Shown piece after piece: positions 62,706 through 64,000 of a stretch of DNA of 64,000 nt. The translations under genes were made by a program, and so were the position numbers. The DNA is from Hypanus sabinus (Eukaryota): assembly GCF_030144855.1 (NCBI RefSeq), contig NW_026781263.1, positions 124,001 to 188,000 of the forward strand. The letters run 5' to 3'. The first letter of the stretch is position 1; each line of letters opens with the position of its first letter. A model generated the notes under the pieces. That model did no database searches. It worked only from the letters and a program-made list of their open reading frames with translations, and was not told the DNA's origin.

Positions 62706-64000
62706 CTGGGGGAACAACAACAAGAATGAGTGAATTACCGTTTCGCCTCTCAATGGGTCTCAGGGCAGAAATAGGCTGGAAATTCAGAACAATCAAATTT
62801 TGTAGACAACTCATTTCTGGAGGCTTAAAAGCTGCAAAGCGAGAGTCTCAGATGCACAACACGCGTGTATGTTGCGTAAACGATAACGATACTCGGTACT
62901 GGGAGCGATTTCAGTGTCTGGAATCCCCGAGGCGCTTAGATGCAATCAAAATGAATCTCCCAACATTTGGTTTTCGACTGGTGTGTAAAGATCAGTCGAT
63001 GGTGATCGCCGCGATCTTGTCACCTACCTTTTGGCACTTTTCCCATAGAGCGAAGTCACGGTCTGCCCCCACCTCTGTCCAGGTAAAAAGTTCAGAGCAA
63101 ATTTATTTCCCCCGTTCGCATGCCTTGAAATCCTCCTGACCCGTTTGTCACCCGCCCTCAGCGGCCCCGCTTATTTCGCTACTTTTGAATTCTGCAACTA
63201 CTCTTGGCGGGATTCATTCACACTATTTATAGGTAAACGATCAGAAATGTCCAATTTTTGCTTTTAAATTTTTTTGACATACCCGCTGACCGTGATTTTC
63301 CGCCATCGTGATTGAACCATCCGATTTCCAAAGCAAAGACAATGTAGGTACTTCAAAACATCTGCCTCGTTTAGGGGTTGCTCAAAATTACTGCAGCATC
63401 ATTCTAAACGCTTTGATTATTATTGTTCCAGAGCATCACCTGTATCTTACCCCGTCTGACCTCTAACGGACATTTCACCTCACGGATAATAGGGCGGAGA
63501 AACAGAACCCGGCCCGCTAAAACGCACACAGATCCTCATGCGAATTTTCGCAACTCCCGATGGGTCGGAGTCTAACTCAATGGTGATGTCTGCTGCTGTC
63601 CCCTGAATCTCAGCGGGGTTCTGTTTCCTGGGTTCCCTTCAAACTTGTATAATTTCTAAAACCACAGCGCAATACATATGAATCTGAATTTAAAGCATGT
63701 TGCACAATTGATACGGAATAGTGGACCGTTAAGGTGCCAAGTGCACTAGATCACTGAAGTTTATTTTGTCAGCGTCTTTGCATTGATACATCAAAACTGC
63801 GTGATGTGAATCCAAATAAATCAATCCATCTCCGAGATATTCCATTCTGCGTCTGTTTTATCTGCCGATTTATTTTCTGACGAGGTCACGGATTAATCTG
63901 CAAGGGAACTTCTGAACGAACACAGTGTTTTATCACAATGTCTGCACCGCACTCACTGACACACCGGCATCACAACGCCGTCGGTAACTGAACGAGTCTA

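Noticed and set aside
63950-64000. Exon 1 of paralogue 5 (minus-strand gtgtca|GTGAGT)
   Set aside because: The donor-like site lacks a convincing hydrophobic TM1 frame with the G(I/V)P ending. Exon 1 may lie beyond the window edge.

Overview
Eukaryotic, repeat-rich vertebrate DNA. The repeat landscape and gene family suggest a cartilaginous fish, probably a ray (inference). The window holds a tandem cluster of five GPR139-like class A GPCR paralogues, each with a long 7TM exon entered through a phase-1 acceptor; a matching short first exon is clear for three copies. Two copies are intact (8749-10962, 36866-38536). Three carry frameshifts (21093-24379, 27031-27961, and 61796-62705 on the minus strand). 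Two diverged copies of a decayed minus-strand gene, possibly TRIM-like, lie head-to-head with GPCR first exons. There are two tRNA genes: Ser-TGA, and a Pro-CGG with a 13-nt insertion at the canonical intron site. Mobile elements include a near full-length decayed LINE-1 with two nested insertions, a retroviral-type RNase H-integrase remnant, a Penelope RT/GIY-YIG remnant plus terminal-repeat fragments, Tc1 and Harbinger-like relics, solo-LTR candidates, and many CR1 and Rex1/Babar-like fragments. There is also a 93-bp satellite, paired 46-bp minisatellites and a 160-N assembly gap. All calls were read by eye, with no database search.
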